NCBI GenBank assembly: GCA_964637955.1
Contig: CAZWXQ010000003.1
Coordinates: 95,154-159,153 of the forward strand
Reading direction: 5' to 3'
Length of the DNA: 64,000 bases
From: an uncultured Gammaproteobacteria bacterium
Lineage (GTDB): Bacteria > Patescibacteriota > Microgenomatia > Levybacterales > UBA12049
Shown: positions 9,631 through 19,614 of the stretch, in pieces
Layout: each line of letters starts with the position of its first letter
How positions within the stretch are numbered: the stretch's first letter is position 1
Program-made: the position numbers and the translations under genes
Notes under the pieces: model-generated
Database searches by the model: none
Seen by the model: only the letters and a program-made list of their open reading frames with translations
Told to the model about the DNA's origin: nothing

Positions 9631-10961
9631 TGCACAAGTTATTATTCAAAAATAGAATACAACTGCTATTAATTTCAATAATCTTATTGGGATTGGTATT
9701 AAGAGCGCATAATCTTACAACTTGGCCTAGGTTTGGTGCCACATTTGATGAATATGCATGGACTTGGCTTGGAATAAGTCTTATCAATAATCAAGTGCCT
9801 TCATCATGGTCGAATTATGAGGTGCATATGGGGCACAGAAAGTTTAAAGAATATCAAGATGTGAAATTTTGGATCATAGAGCCATATTTAGAGCATCCTC
9901 CATTATTTGGATTAGTCGCAGGCGGATTTGCAAAGTTAAATGGAGTGGAGGAGATGTTTGATCTAAATATTTATAAAATTCGTCCGTTGGCACTTATTCT
10001 TGGGGTTTTATCTATTGGTGCTTTGTTTATTCTGGTTAAAGAGCTTTATGATGACAAGACAGCGCTTTTGGCAAGTTTATTGTTTGCAACTGTTCCTACT
10101 ATTGTAATTGGATCTAGATTGGTGCAGAATGAGAATTTTTTTATACCACTGTATTTATTGTCTTTATTTTTAATAGCAAGATTTATTAAAAGCAAAAATA
10201 TTAAATATTTGTTGACTGTATCAATAATCTGCGGATTACTTACATTAGCCAAGGTTCCGTGGTTTGCTGCAGGATTGTCTATGGGATTAATACTTCTATT
10301 CAATAAAAAATACAAACATTTGCTTTTATTTTCCGGAATTGTTATATCCATTTTCTCTTTATTTTTAATTTATGGTGCTTATTTTAATTTAGAACTTTTT
10401 GTAAATGTATGGAAGTTCCAAATGGAAAGATATGAAATGACATTTAATAGCGTATTTAGTTTGTTTACTCAGCCATTTTTAGCAGATAGATTTTTTATTG
10501 ATGGATGGATCTATTTTGGCTGGATAGCCTTTATTTTGGTTTTATTGAAAGATATAAAAAAGAATTACATTTTGATTTTTGGATTTTTAGGCTATTTTCT
10601 TATATATGTATTTGCCATACCTGATACGCCAGGCCATGGATGGTATAGGTATCCATTTTATCCTTTCTTGATTATATCCTTAGCAATATTTATTAAAGAA
10701 TATTTTAATAAAAATATTATTCTTACTTTCATGTTTATTTTATTGGTTGGTTTATCTCTTTTAGAGAATTCATTTAAGAGGCAATTTGGATTTTCATTCT
10801 CATTTTTTAGGCTATTTTTAATTGCATCATGCTTTACGCTCCTTCCCTTATTTTTTAAAAGTAAAAGAGTAGCTAATTACTCAAAATTGTTTAGTTTTTT
10901 TATGCTAATATTTCTTTTTGGTCTAAACGTTTGGAGCGTTATGGAGTATAACGAGCAATAA
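9630..10961 (+). CDS. ArnT/PMT-like GT-C membrane glycosyltransferase
   Basis: TM1, then TFDE and LEHPPL; LAK motif; WYRYP; about 12 TMs. Confidence 0.8.
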   Translation: MHKLLFKNRIQLLLISIILLGLVLRAHNLTTWPRFGATFDEYAWTWLGISLINNQVPSSWSNYEVHMGHRKFKEYQDVKFWIIEPYLEHPPLFGLVAGGFAKLNGVEEMFDLNIYKIRPLALILGVLSIGALFILVKELYDDKTALLASLLFATVPTIVIGSRLVQNENFFIPLYLLSLFLIARFIKSKNIKYLLTVSIICGLLTLAKVPWFAAGLSMGLILLFNKKYKHLLLFSGIVISIFSLFLIYGAYFNLELFVNVWKFQMERYEMTFNSVFSLFTQPFLADRFFIDGWIYFGWIAFILVLLKDIKKNYILIFGFLGYFLIYVFAIPDTPGHGWYRYPFYPFLIISLAIFIKEYFNKNIILTFMFILLVGLSLLENSFKRQFGFSFSFFRLFLIASCFTLLPLFFKSKRVANYSKLFSFFMLIFLFGLNVWSVMEYNEQ

Positions 10962-12071
10962 ATGCATATTTTAATTTTAAATTGGAGAGACGTTAAAAAT
11001 CCGGCATCAGGTGGTGCTGAAATACTGACCCAAGAAATAGCATCTAGCTTAGTTAAAAAAGGACATAGAGTTAGCTATATTTCATCATATTTTAATAAAT
11101 CTAAGAAGCGTGAGAGTATAGACGGTGTTGAGATAATTAGGGTTGGAGATCCAGACGCAAGGAGGATTTTCAAATCAGTACACTTTAATGCATACAAATT
11201 ATATAAAAATGAATTTAAAGGAAATGTAGATTTAGTAATCGATGAAGTGCATGGAATCCCATTTTTTACCCCTTTTTATGTTAAAGAAAAGAAAATTGCT
11301 TTGATATGTGAGATTGCAGGTGACTTGTGGAGTTTGGCAGTTAGATTTCCGTTTAATTTGCTTGGCCAGCTTATTGAGAGAATTTATCCATATTTCTATA
11401 AAAAAATAAAAGTTATTACTATTTCAGAGTCTTCTAGAAAAGATTTAATCAAATACGGTTTTCCAAGTTCACATGTAAAGATTATACCCATGGGATCAAA
11501 TTCAAAAGTTGTAAGCAGGATTCCTAAAAAAGAAAAAAATAAAACTTTGATTTTTATCTCAAGATTATCGCCAACTAAAGGAGTTAGTGATGCAATTAAA
11601 TCAGTTGAAATTTTAAAAAAGACATTTCCCGATATCAAGCTTTGGATAGTCGGCAGAGGTGAAGATAGTTTTAAGCAAGAATTAAGCGCGTTAGTTAAGG
11701 ATTTGGATTTAACTGAAAATATTAAATTTTATGGGTTTATCTCAGATTCTGAAAAAGAAGAATTGTTATCAAAAGCACATATATTAATAGCACCATCTGT
11801 AAAAGAAGGTTGGGGCCTTACTGTTCATGAGGCAGGAGCACGAGGTACGCCAGCTGTAGTTTATAATGTAGCAGGCTTAAGAGATGTTGTAAAAAATAAT
11901 GTAAATGGATTGGTTTGTACCAGTAATACTCCCCAGATATTAGCAAAAAATATATCTACTATGTTATCAAGTCAAAAATTATATCTGAAACTACAAGCTG
12001 GGGCAATTAATGAGAGAAAAAAACATACTTGGGATAATACAGCTGATAAGTTTTTAGAATATGCAAAATAA
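10962..12071 (+). CDS. GT4 glycosyltransferase
   Basis: NWRD..NP.SGGAE, KG, PSVKEGWGLTVHEAGARGTP. Confidence 0.9.
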   Translation: MHILILNWRDVKNPASGGAEILTQEIASSLVKKGHRVSYISSYFNKSKKRESIDGVEIIRVGDPDARRIFKSVHFNAYKLYKNEFKGNVDLVIDEVHGIPFFTPFYVKEKKIALICEIAGDLWSLAVRFPFNLLGQLIERIYPYFYKKIKVITISESSRKDLIKYGFPSSHVKIIPMGSNSKVVSRIPKKEKNKTLIFISRLSPTKGVSDAIKSVEILKKTFPDIKLWIVGRGEDSFKQELSALVKDLDLTENIKFYGFISDSEKEELLSKAHILIAPSVKEGWGLTVHEAGARGTPAVVYNVAGLRDVVKNNVNGLVCTSNTPQILAKNISTMLSSQKLYLKLQAGAINERKKHTWDNTADKFLEYAK

Positions 12072-12900
12072 TAAACCATTAGTTTCTATCATTATTCCAA
12101 CAAGAAACTCTGCTCTCTATTTAGGAAACTGTTTACATTCAATAAAATCACAGACTTACAAGAATATTGAAACAATTATTGTGGATGGTTCCTCGACAGA
12201 CAATATTCTAGAGATTATAAAAAAGTATGAAGTTAGATATTTGAATTTTTCACCAAAAGTGAAAAAAGGAAAATTTGATGCACCACAGAAAAGAAATTTT
12301 GGAGTTAGTAAGTCCAAAGGAAAATTTGTTTATTATGTCGATGCAGATATGGAATTAAGTAAAAATTTGGTTAGTGAAGCTGTAAGGCTTTGCAGCAGTA
12401 CATATGATGGTCTAATTATAGCTGAGGATTCATTTGGGAAGGGGATTTGGGCTAGTGCAAAGAATTTAGAGCGGAAATGTTATTGGGGAGATGATAAGAT
12501 TGAGGCTCCAAGATTTTTTAAGAAAAAAGTTTGGGAAAAGCTTGGAGGACTTGATGAAAGTTTAGGTGGTGGAGGAGATGATTGGGACTTATACCAAAAA
12601 GCATTAAATGATGGATTTAAAATTGGAAGAACAAAAAATATTATTAGGCATAACGAAGGTGATTTGAAATTGATGAACCTTTTTAAAAAAAGATTCAAAT
12701 ATGGAAGAGATTCGGTTAAATATATTTCTAAAAGACCAAAAGAGGGAATCTCTAGTTATTTTCCGATAAGAAAGGCATATATCAAAAATTGGAGATTGTT
12801 TTTAGGACGACCAATTGATTCAATAGCATTTGTTGTAATGAGAACAATTGAATATGCTGCTGGTTTAAGTGGTATATTGTATTCATTAATTAAGAGATGA
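12061..12900 (+). CDS. GT2 glycosyltransferase
   Basis: VSIIIPT, VDGSSTD, RNFG, VDADM, GGLDE..DDWD. Confidence 0.9.
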   Translation: MQNNKPLVSIIIPTRNSALYLGNCLHSIKSQTYKNIETIIVDGSSTDNILEIIKKYEVRYLNFSPKVKKGKFDAPQKRNFGVSKSKGKFVYYVDADMELSKNLVSEAVRLCSSTYDGLIIAEDSFGKGIWASAKNLERKCYWGDDKIEAPRFFKKKVWEKLGGLDESLGGGGDDWDLYQKALNDGFKIGRTKNIIRHNEGDLKLMNLFKKRFKYGRDSVKYISKRPKEGISSYFPIRKAYIKNWRLFLGRPIDSIAFVVMRTIEYAAGLSGILYSLIKR

Positions 12901-13883
12901 GTAATTATTGGCAAAATAAAAAGGTATTAGTTACAGGTGGAGCTGGATTTATAGGTTCTCATGCTGCTTTAGAGTTATTTAAAAAAAAATCTAAAGTTAC
13001 AATTGTTGTTTCTACTGATACTAAATTGAATAGATTAAGAAAAATTTATGGTTTAAATCTGGAAAAAATAATAGTCAAAAAAATAGATTTGACAAATTTT
13101 GATAGTTTTAAAAATGTTACAAAAGATCAAGAGATAGTTTTAAATTTTGCAGGATTGGATGGAGGATCTAAATTTAAGGTAGAGCATTCAGCGGAAATAT
13201 TTAGGATTAATAATTTGATTACATTAAATTTATTAGAATCTTGCAGAATAAATAAGGTAAATAAGGTTTTAATTATGAGCTCTATCGATATATATACTCA
13301 GAAATTAAAATCACCTATTAGAGAAGATCAATTTTTAATTAATTCTTCAGATGATCTTAATGGTTATTCAATGTCTAAGATTTTTTCTGAAATTGCCGCA
13401 AAATTATATTTTGAACAATACGGTCTACAGATAGCAATTGCGAGATCAGGCAATGTTTATGGGCCAGGTGATTATTCCGGGCTAGAAAAGGGCAGGGTGA
13501 TTCCAACTTTTATTTTAAATGCAAATGAAAATAAAGATATTAAAATCTGGGGTGATGCAGATCAAAAAAAATCATTTATCTATGTTACTGATTTAATAGA
13601 AAACTTACTTAATCTTACGAAGAATTATTCAAATTCTGATCCTGTAAATATTGCAGGAAAAAAATATGTTAGCTTATTGGAATTAGCAAATAAAATTATT
13701 CAAATTACTGAAAGTGATAGTAAGGCTAGTATGTTGAATGTTAACAAGATAAATAAAAAAGAAAGAAAAATTAGCTTAAATAAAGCAAATAAAGTAATTA
13801 AATTTTATGAAAAAACATCGCTTGAAGAGGGTCTGAAAAATATTATATATTCGGAGGATAAAAAAAATGAAAAATGTATTTGA
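12897..13883 (+). CDS. NAD-dependent epimerase/reductase (extended SDR; Fcl/GME-like)
   Basis: GGAGFIGS, YSMSK, NVYGPGD, IWGD. Confidence 0.8.
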   Translation: MSNYWQNKKVLVTGGAGFIGSHAALELFKKKSKVTIVVSTDTKLNRLRKIYGLNLEKIIVKKIDLTNFDSFKNVTKDQEIVLNFAGLDGGSKFKVEHSAEIFRINNLITLNLLESCRINKVNKVLIMSSIDIYTQKLKSPIREDQFLINSSDDLNGYSMSKIFSEIAAKLYFEQYGLQIAIARSGNVYGPGDYSGLEKGRVIPTFILNANENKDIKIWGDADQKKSFIYVTDLIENLLNLTKNYSNSDPVNIAGKKYVSLLELANKIIQITESDSKASMLNVNKINKKERKISLNKANKVIKFYEKTSLEEGLKNIIYSEDKKNEKCI

Positions 13884-14436
13884 ACTAATTAATTCTGATT
13901 GGCAAAGATATTATAAGTTACATAAAAAATTAAATATATTAATAAAACTGGTAATCTTTTTTCACAATCCAGGTATGTTATTTTCAATTATATACAGGTT
14001 TGAAAATTATTTATTTCAGAGTAATAATATAATATCGATTGTAATTAGAAATTTATTTTATCCATTTTATTTTATTTTTACATATTATATTCTAAATATA
14101 GATATTCCTCCTCAGGTATCAATCGGAAAAGGATTATATGTTCACAATAGAGGAATAATTTTCTCTCAATCAGTAAAAGCAGGAGACAACTTAACATTAA
14201 TTGGGCCTTTAACAATTGGAATGAAGGGTACAGTGACCGGTGGTGGACTTACACCATCGCTTGGAAATGACGTATTCGTTTTTTCAGGGGCTAGAGTTAT
14301 AGGGGGAATTAAAGTAGGCAATAATGTTTATATAGGAGCAAATGCGGTTGTTCTAAAAAACGTTCCTTCAAATTGTGTTGTTGGTGGGGTTCCGGCAAAA
14401 ATTATTAAAAGGTTGAAGAGAAATGAAATACTATAA
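13867..14436 (+). CDS. Left-handed beta-helix O-acetyltransferase (CysE/WcaB-like)
   Basis: Hexapeptide repeats, IGANAVV, VVGGVPAK. Confidence 0.85.
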   Translation: MKNVFELINSDWQRYYKLHKKLNILIKLVIFFHNPGMLFSIIYRFENYLFQSNNIISIVIRNLFYPFYFIFTYYILNIDIPPQVSIGKGLYVHNRGIIFSQSVKAGDNLTLIGPLTIGMKGTVTGGGLTPSLGNDVFVFSGARVIGGIKVGNNVYIGANAVVLKNVPSNCVVGGVPAKIIKRLKRNEIL

Positions 14437-14443
14437 TTAAGAT

Positions 14444-15178
14444 ATGAAGTTTATAAATATATTTAAAATAAAATATTCAAATCCAATGGAAATGATTTCT
14501 ATTATTAAGGATATTTTTGTTTTTCAGGAATATAAATTTACTTCAAAAAAAAAGAAACCATTTATAATTGACTGTGGATCTCATATTGGCCTTAGCATAA
14601 TTTATTTCAAAAAACTTTATCCGTCTGCATCAATAATAGGATTTGAGGCTAATCCGAAAACATATGCTCTTCTAGTTGAAAATATATCTAGAGACTCACT
14701 GACTAACGTAGAATTAGTAAATAAAGCTGTGGGAAAGTCATACGGGAAAATTGATTACTATGTTTCAGCTTTAACTAAAAATGCTTGGAGTTGGGGAGAT
14801 TCTGGGGTTAAAAATGCTTGGTATAACAGTCGTGACTATAAAACCATACAGGTGCCTTGTGTTAAGTTATCCAAATACATTAACAAAGAAGTTGATTTGA
14901 TAAAAATTGATATCGAAGGAATGGAGGAGATTGTTCTTCAGGAAATAAAACCTAAGCTTAAATATGTTAATGAAATTATAATGGAATATCATGGAAGTAA
15001 AAAAAGTAAAAATAATCAACTTAAAAACATACTTAATACATTAGAGGAAAATGGATTCGATTATAGGTTAAAATATCCATCATCTTTATTGCATCCATTT
15101 AGAAAAGAGATATCAAATATAGGGGATATTAAAACTGATGTTTATTTTTTAATTATTCATGCTCGAAAGATTGACTAA
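14444..15178 (+). CDS. FkbM-family SAM-dependent methyltransferase
   Basis: IIDCGSHIG, FEANP, IKIDIEGME, MEYH. Confidence 0.88.
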   Translation: MKFINIFKIKYSNPMEMISIIKDIFVFQEYKFTSKKKKPFIIDCGSHIGLSIIYFKKLYPSASIIGFEANPKTYALLVENISRDSLTNVELVNKAVGKSYGKIDYYVSALTKNAWSWGDSGVKNAWYNSRDYKTIQVPCVKLSKYINKEVDLIKIDIEGMEEIVLQEIKPKLKYVNEIIMEYHGSKKSKNNQLKNILNTLEENGFDYRLKYPSSLLHPFRKEISNIGDIKTDVYFLIIHARKID

Positions 15179-15234
15179 TTTTAAAATAAATTCTATAAAT
15201 GTAAATTGTAATCAATAATTACATTTGTTAATAT
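15171..15234 (+). promoter_or_regulatory. Candidate tandem promoters TTGACT-17-TATAAA and TTGTAA-17-TAATAT before rfbF
   Basis: TTGACT 15171-15176 with TATAAA 15194-15199; TTGTAA 15206-15211 with TAATAT 15229-15234. The region is very AT-rich, so chance matches are possible. Confidence 0.4.
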
Positions 15235-15246
15235 TTAAATGTTTAA

Positions 15247-16044
15247 ATGGTAAAGAAAAAAATAGTTAATAAATCAATTCCAGTTGTAATATTCTGTGGA
15301 GGGCAAGGAACTCGAATGAAAGAAGAAACAGAATTTCGTCCAAAGCCAATGGTTTCTGTTGGTGGTATGCCAATTTTACTCCACATAATGAAAATATATT
15401 CCTATTATGGATTTAATAATTTTATTATTGCATTGGGATATAAAGGAGATTATATTAAAAATTATTTTATAGAAGAGGAATATCTGGCTCACGATTTTAC
15501 TATAAATACAAAGACTGGAAAAAAAGTTTTATATAGAAAAACAGGAGAGAGAAATGATGATTTTAATATAACTTTTGTAGATACAGGTCTTGAGACGTTA
15601 ACAGCTGAAAGACTTATTAAAGTTAAGTCATATATTAAATCTGATACTTTTATGGCAACTTATGGAGATGGTGTAGGTAGTGTTTCTATTGATAAATTAT
15701 TGGATTTTCATAAAAGCAAAAATATTATAGGAACGCTAACTGGTGTACATCCAAAATCTAAATGGGGTTTGGTTATTTCTGATAAAGAGAATATAGTCAA
15801 GAAGTTTGAGCAAAAACCTCAACTTAATCAGTATGTTAATGGAGGCTTTATGGTATTTAATAAAAAGATATTCGATTTTATTAAGCCAAATGAAATGATA
15901 GAGGTAGGACTGAATAGACTAATTGATAAAAGTCAGCTTGGTGTGTTTATTCATGATGGTTATTGGTCCGCGATGGACACATATCAAGATGTAGAGGAGA
16001 TGAATAATCAGTGGAATAATGATCCAAAATGGAAAGTCTGGTAG
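15247..16044 (+). CDS. rfbF: Glucose-1-phosphate cytidylyltransferase
   Basis: CGGQGTRMKEETEFRPKPMV, HIMKIYS, LGYKG, VDTG, TYGDG, NGGF, MDT, WKVW. Confidence 0.85.
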   Translation: MVKKKIVNKSIPVVIFCGGQGTRMKEETEFRPKPMVSVGGMPILLHIMKIYSYYGFNNFIIALGYKGDYIKNYFIEEEYLAHDFTINTKTGKKVLYRKTGERNDDFNITFVDTGLETLTAERLIKVKSYIKSDTFMATYGDGVGSVSIDKLLDFHKSKNIIGTLTGVHPKSKWGLVISDKENIVKKFEQKPQLNQYVNGGFMVFNKKIFDFIKPNEMIEVGLNRLIDKSQLGVFIHDGYWSAMDTYQDVEEMNNQWNNDPKWKVW

Positions 16045-16141
16045 ACTTTTGTAAGAATCATTCAAACATTTGCTGATTAAATTTTGGAATAATCTACGCA
16101 AATTAATGCTTGAAAGTGATTTAGGATTTTAAAAAATAATT

Positions 16142-17170
16142 ATGAGAAATGTATTAGTTACAGGAGATCTAGGATATATAGGTTCAGTTTTGGTTCCTAA
16201 GATTATTGATAAAGGATTTGAAGTTATCGGTTTTGATACTGGTTATTTTGAAGAAATGATTGATGATAATCATAAGAAGCCAGTTTATAAAACAATTAAG
16301 AAAGATATTAGAAAAATAACAAAAAAAGATTTAGAAGGCATTGACTCAATTATTCATCTAAGTGCTTTGTCAAATGATCCAATGGGAGAAATTAATCCAA
16401 TGCTGACTGAAGAAATTAATTATAAAGCTTCGGTAAGGCTTGCAAGATTAGCAAAAGAGGCAGGAGTTAAAAGGTTTATTTTTTCTTCATCATGCAGCGT
16501 GTATGGATTTTCAGAGAATGGAATTGTTTCTGAAGAATCAAAAGCTAATCCTTTAACTGCGTATGCAGAGTCAAAAATTAAAACTGAGAAAAAAATTTCA
16601 AAACTTGCTGACGATAAATTTTTTGTAGGTATTCTTAGAAACTCTACAGTATATGGTTATTCCCCACGTTTTAGAAGTGATCTAGTGGTAAATAATTTAG
16701 TTTTATCAGCGTTACTTCACGATGAAATCAGAATAATGAGTGATGGTAGTCCATGGAGACCGCTTATTGATGTTAGAGATTTAAGTGATATTTTTATTCT
16801 ATTTTTAGAAACTAAAAAGAAGAGTTTAAATGGTAAAGTTGTAAATATTGGATTTGAGGAAAATAATTTTCAAGTTAAAAACTTGGCAAATATAATTAAA
16901 AAACAAATCCCAACCTGCAAGATTGTTTATACAGGTGAGCATGGTAAGGATAGCAGGAGTTATAAGGTAGACTTTACATTATTTAAAAATCTATTTCCTG
17001 ATCAAAAACAAAACTGGAACATGAATAAATCTGTAAAAAATTTAATTAAAGAACTCAAGAGTCTGGGTGTTGAAGACTCAAATTATAATTTGAATAATTT
17101 AATCAGAATAGAAGTTCTTAAGGACCTAATTAAGGATAAAAAAATAAATAATGAATTATATTGGATTTAG
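16142..17170 (+). CDS. Extended SDR, NAD-dependent epimerase/dehydratase
   Basis: GDLGYIGS, LSNDP, SSSCSVYG, YAESK, R.DLVVN, DGSPWRP. Confidence 0.82.
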   Translation: MRNVLVTGDLGYIGSVLVPKIIDKGFEVIGFDTGYFEEMIDDNHKKPVYKTIKKDIRKITKKDLEGIDSIIHLSALSNDPMGEINPMLTEEINYKASVRLARLAKEAGVKRFIFSSSCSVYGFSENGIVSEESKANPLTAYAESKIKTEKKISKLADDKFFVGILRNSTVYGYSPRFRSDLVVNNLVLSALLHDEIRIMSDGSPWRPLIDVRDLSDIFILFLETKKKSLNGKVVNIGFEENNFQVKNLANIIKKQIPTCKIVYTGEHGKDSRSYKVDFTLFKNLFPDQKQNWNMNKSVKNLIKELKSLGVEDSNYNLNNLIRIEVLKDLIKDKKINNELYWI

Positions 17171-17239
17171 AACCAATTTCAATAAAATTTATATTTATTC
17201 TAGTTACAATTTATGCTAATATAACTTAATAATTGAATT

Positions 17240-17689
17240 ATGATTGATGGAGTAATAATTAAACAACTTAAAAAAATTCCCGATGAAAGAGGTACGATAA
17301 TGCATGTCCTTAGATCTGATGATAGTGAATTTACTAAATTCGGGGAAGTTTATATTTCAAAAGCATATCCAGGAGTAATTAAAGGATGGCACTTGCATAC
17401 CAAGATGACGCTTAATTACTGCGTGATAGAAGGAATGGCTAAATTAGTTTTATGTGATGATAGAAAAAAGTCTAAAACTTATAAAGAAATTCAGGAAATA
17501 TTTATGGGTGAAGACAATTACTGCTTAGTTCAGATTCCTCCTGGAGTTATGAATGGATATAAGACTATTGGCACTAAGCCTTCACTATTAATAAATTGTC
17601 CTGATTCTGCTCATGATCCTAAGGAGATGTTAAGATTCGATCCTCTTAGTAAAAAAGTACCTTATTCTTGGGATCTTGTTATGAGATAA
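17240..17689 (+). CDS. RmlC-like 3,5-epimerase (cupin)
   Basis: DERG, PGVIKGWHLH, IPPGV.NG. Confidence 0.82.
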   Translation: MIDGVIIKQLKKIPDERGTIMHVLRSDDSEFTKFGEVYISKAYPGVIKGWHLHTKMTLNYCVIEGMAKLVLCDDRKKSKTYKEIQEIFMGEDNYCLVQIPPGVMNGYKTIGTKPSLLINCPDSAHDPKEMLRFDPLSKKVPYSWDLVMR

Positions 17690-17723
17690 GCTGTCCAACG
17701 GGTCTCCGCAATGAATTTATTAC

Positions 17724-18593
17724 ATGAAAATATTTCTTATTGGTAAAAATGGACAACTCGGACATGAAATCGAGAAGCTCTCATTAAAAAATAATTATAA
17801 AATTTCCTCATTTGGTAAAGATGAATTAGATATCTTAAATTATAAGGATGTTAAAAAAAAGATATTAAGATTAAAGCCCGATGTTGTAATTAATACAGCT
17901 GCAATGCATGTTGTGCCCGACTGTGAGACAGATCCTATTAAAGCATTTCAAATAAATTCTTTTGCTCAAAAAAATATCGCTGAGATTTGTAATGAAAATA
18001 ATATTAAATCCGTTTATATCTCTACTGATAAGGTATTTGATGGTACAAAAAAAACTCCATACTCAGAAACTGATAGGCCAAATCCAATTCAAAATTATGG
18101 ATTATCAAAGCTTGCTGGGGAATTTTTAACTCTAAATAATAACAAAAATAGTTTAGTTATAAGAACATCGATTATATTTGGAGGGCTAGCTGGTAGCAGG
18201 CAGAAAAAAGGAAATTTCGTTTTGTACATTTTAAACAAAGCGAAAGAAGAAAAGCGATTGGAAATTTCCTCTGAGCAAATTACGAGCTTTGTATATGCTG
18301 ATGATTTAGCAAAATCTATTCTTGGGTTGGTTAAGAAGAAAAAAAATGGTATTTATAATGTTTCGAATCAGAAACATTCTTCATCAGCAATATTTGCAAA
18401 AGAAATTATAAAAATAAGAAGCTTAGATCTTAAAATAATCCCAGTTGATAGAGGAGGCTTTTATGGGCAAATGAGAACTCCAATCTTTACGGCTCTAAGT
18501 ACATCGAAATTAAAATCCGCAGGGATTACGCTTCCTGATTGGCAGACAAGTCTTAAGTGCTATTTAAAATATTTGGAGTCAAATGGGATATGA
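17724..18593 (+). CDS. rmlD: dTDP-4-dehydrorhamnose reductase family
   Basis: GKNGQLG, INTAA, ISTDKVFDG, YGLSK, NFV. Confidence 0.8.
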   Translation: MKIFLIGKNGQLGHEIEKLSLKNNYKISSFGKDELDILNYKDVKKKILRLKPDVVINTAAMHVVPDCETDPIKAFQINSFAQKNIAEICNENNIKSVYISTDKVFDGTKKTPYSETDRPNPIQNYGLSKLAGEFLTLNNNKNSLVIRTSIIFGGLAGSRQKKGNFVLYILNKAKEEKRLEISSEQITSFVYADDLAKSILGLVKKKKNGIYNVSNQKHSSSAIFAKEIIKIRSLDLKIIPVDRGGFYGQMRTPIFTALSTSKLKSAGITLPDWQTSLKCYLKYLESNGI

Positions 18594-19612
18594 GTAAACC
18601 ACTCGTATCTATAGTGATTTTAAATTGGAATGGTAAAAAAAGGCTTGAAGCGTGCTTAAAATCTCTAAAAAAAATTAAGTACCCCTCGATAGAGATTGTG
18701 CTTGTTAATAATGGTTCAACAGACAAAAGTAAAGAATTTGTTGAAAAAAATTACCCACAAATTAAGCTTATTAACTTAATAGATAATATTGGTTATGCGG
18801 GTGGAAAAAATCTTGGAGTAAAGCACGCATCCGGAAAATATATTCTTGCGTTAGATAATGATACGGTTGTTACTCCTGATTTTGTAGATGTTTTAGTTAA
18901 AGATTTAGAAAAGGATAAATCAATCGGAATAGTTCAGCCACAGATAAGAAGTATGTCAAATGAAAAATTATTAGACTCAGTAGTTTCATTTTTTACATTC
19001 ACTGGATTTTTATATCACTTTGGATATATGAAATCACACGAGAATAAAATTTATCAAACAAAAATGTTTGGGTATTCCATAAAAGGAGCCTGTTTTATGA
19101 TTTCAAAAGCTGATTATTTGAAGCTCGGGGGGCTGGACGAGTTATTTCTTTCTTATGTAGAGGAGACAGATCTCTGTCATAGGATGTGGATGTATGGGAA
19201 AAAAGTTTTATACGATCCGGAAAGTGTAATTTACCATTTTGGTGGAGGAGATACTTTGACCATGACAACAAGTAATGACTCTCTTTTTAGAGCATTTCGA
19301 AATAGATATTACTCATACATAAAAAATTTTAGCACTCTATATTTAATTAAAATTTTACCAGTCCATTTTATTATGTGTGAAATGTTTGTTGTTTTCTCTC
19401 TTCTCAAAAGAAATTTTAAACAGGCATATTATGTTCAAAAAGGGACGCTTTGTTGGGTATTGAAGTTACCAGCTCTATTAAAGAAGCGAAAATTAATTCA
19501 GAAAAAAATTAGAAAAAAGACTGATTCACAAATTGTTCCAGTTTTTACTAAAAATCCTAGATTTTCATATTATTTTTACCTAGGGAGTGGATTAGTAAAC
19601 TTTAAAGATTAA
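18590..19612 (+). CDS. GT2 glycosyltransferase (WbbL/rhamnosyltransferase-like)
   Basis: Start moved to ATG 18590 (ATGA overlap with the rmlD stop); LNWNG, LDNDT, EETDLC.R, HFGGG. Confidence 0.87.
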   Translation: MSKPLVSIVILNWNGKKRLEACLKSLKKIKYPSIEIVLVNNGSTDKSKEFVEKNYPQIKLINLIDNIGYAGGKNLGVKHASGKYILALDNDTVVTPDFVDVLVKDLEKDKSIGIVQPQIRSMSNEKLLDSVVSFFTFTGFLYHFGYMKSHENKIYQTKMFGYSIKGACFMISKADYLKLGGLDELFLSYVEETDLCHRMWMYGKKVLYDPESVIYHFGGGDTLTMTTSNDSLFRAFRNRYYSYIKNFSTLYLIKILPVHFIMCEMFVVFSLLKRNFKQAYYVQKGTLCWVLKLPALLKKRKLIQKKIRKKTDSQIVPVFTKNPRFSYYFYLGSGLVNFKD

Positions 19613-19614
19613 TA

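Noticed and set aside
12981-12989. Poly-A runs of 8-9 nt here and elsewhere as phase-variation tracts
   Set aside because: Expected often in such AT-rich, Lys-rich genes; all frames are intact.
15197-15226. AT-rich inverted repeat AAATGTAA...TTACATTT as a terminator
   Set aside because: Weak stem, long loop and overlap with candidate promoters; cannot be told from chance at this composition.
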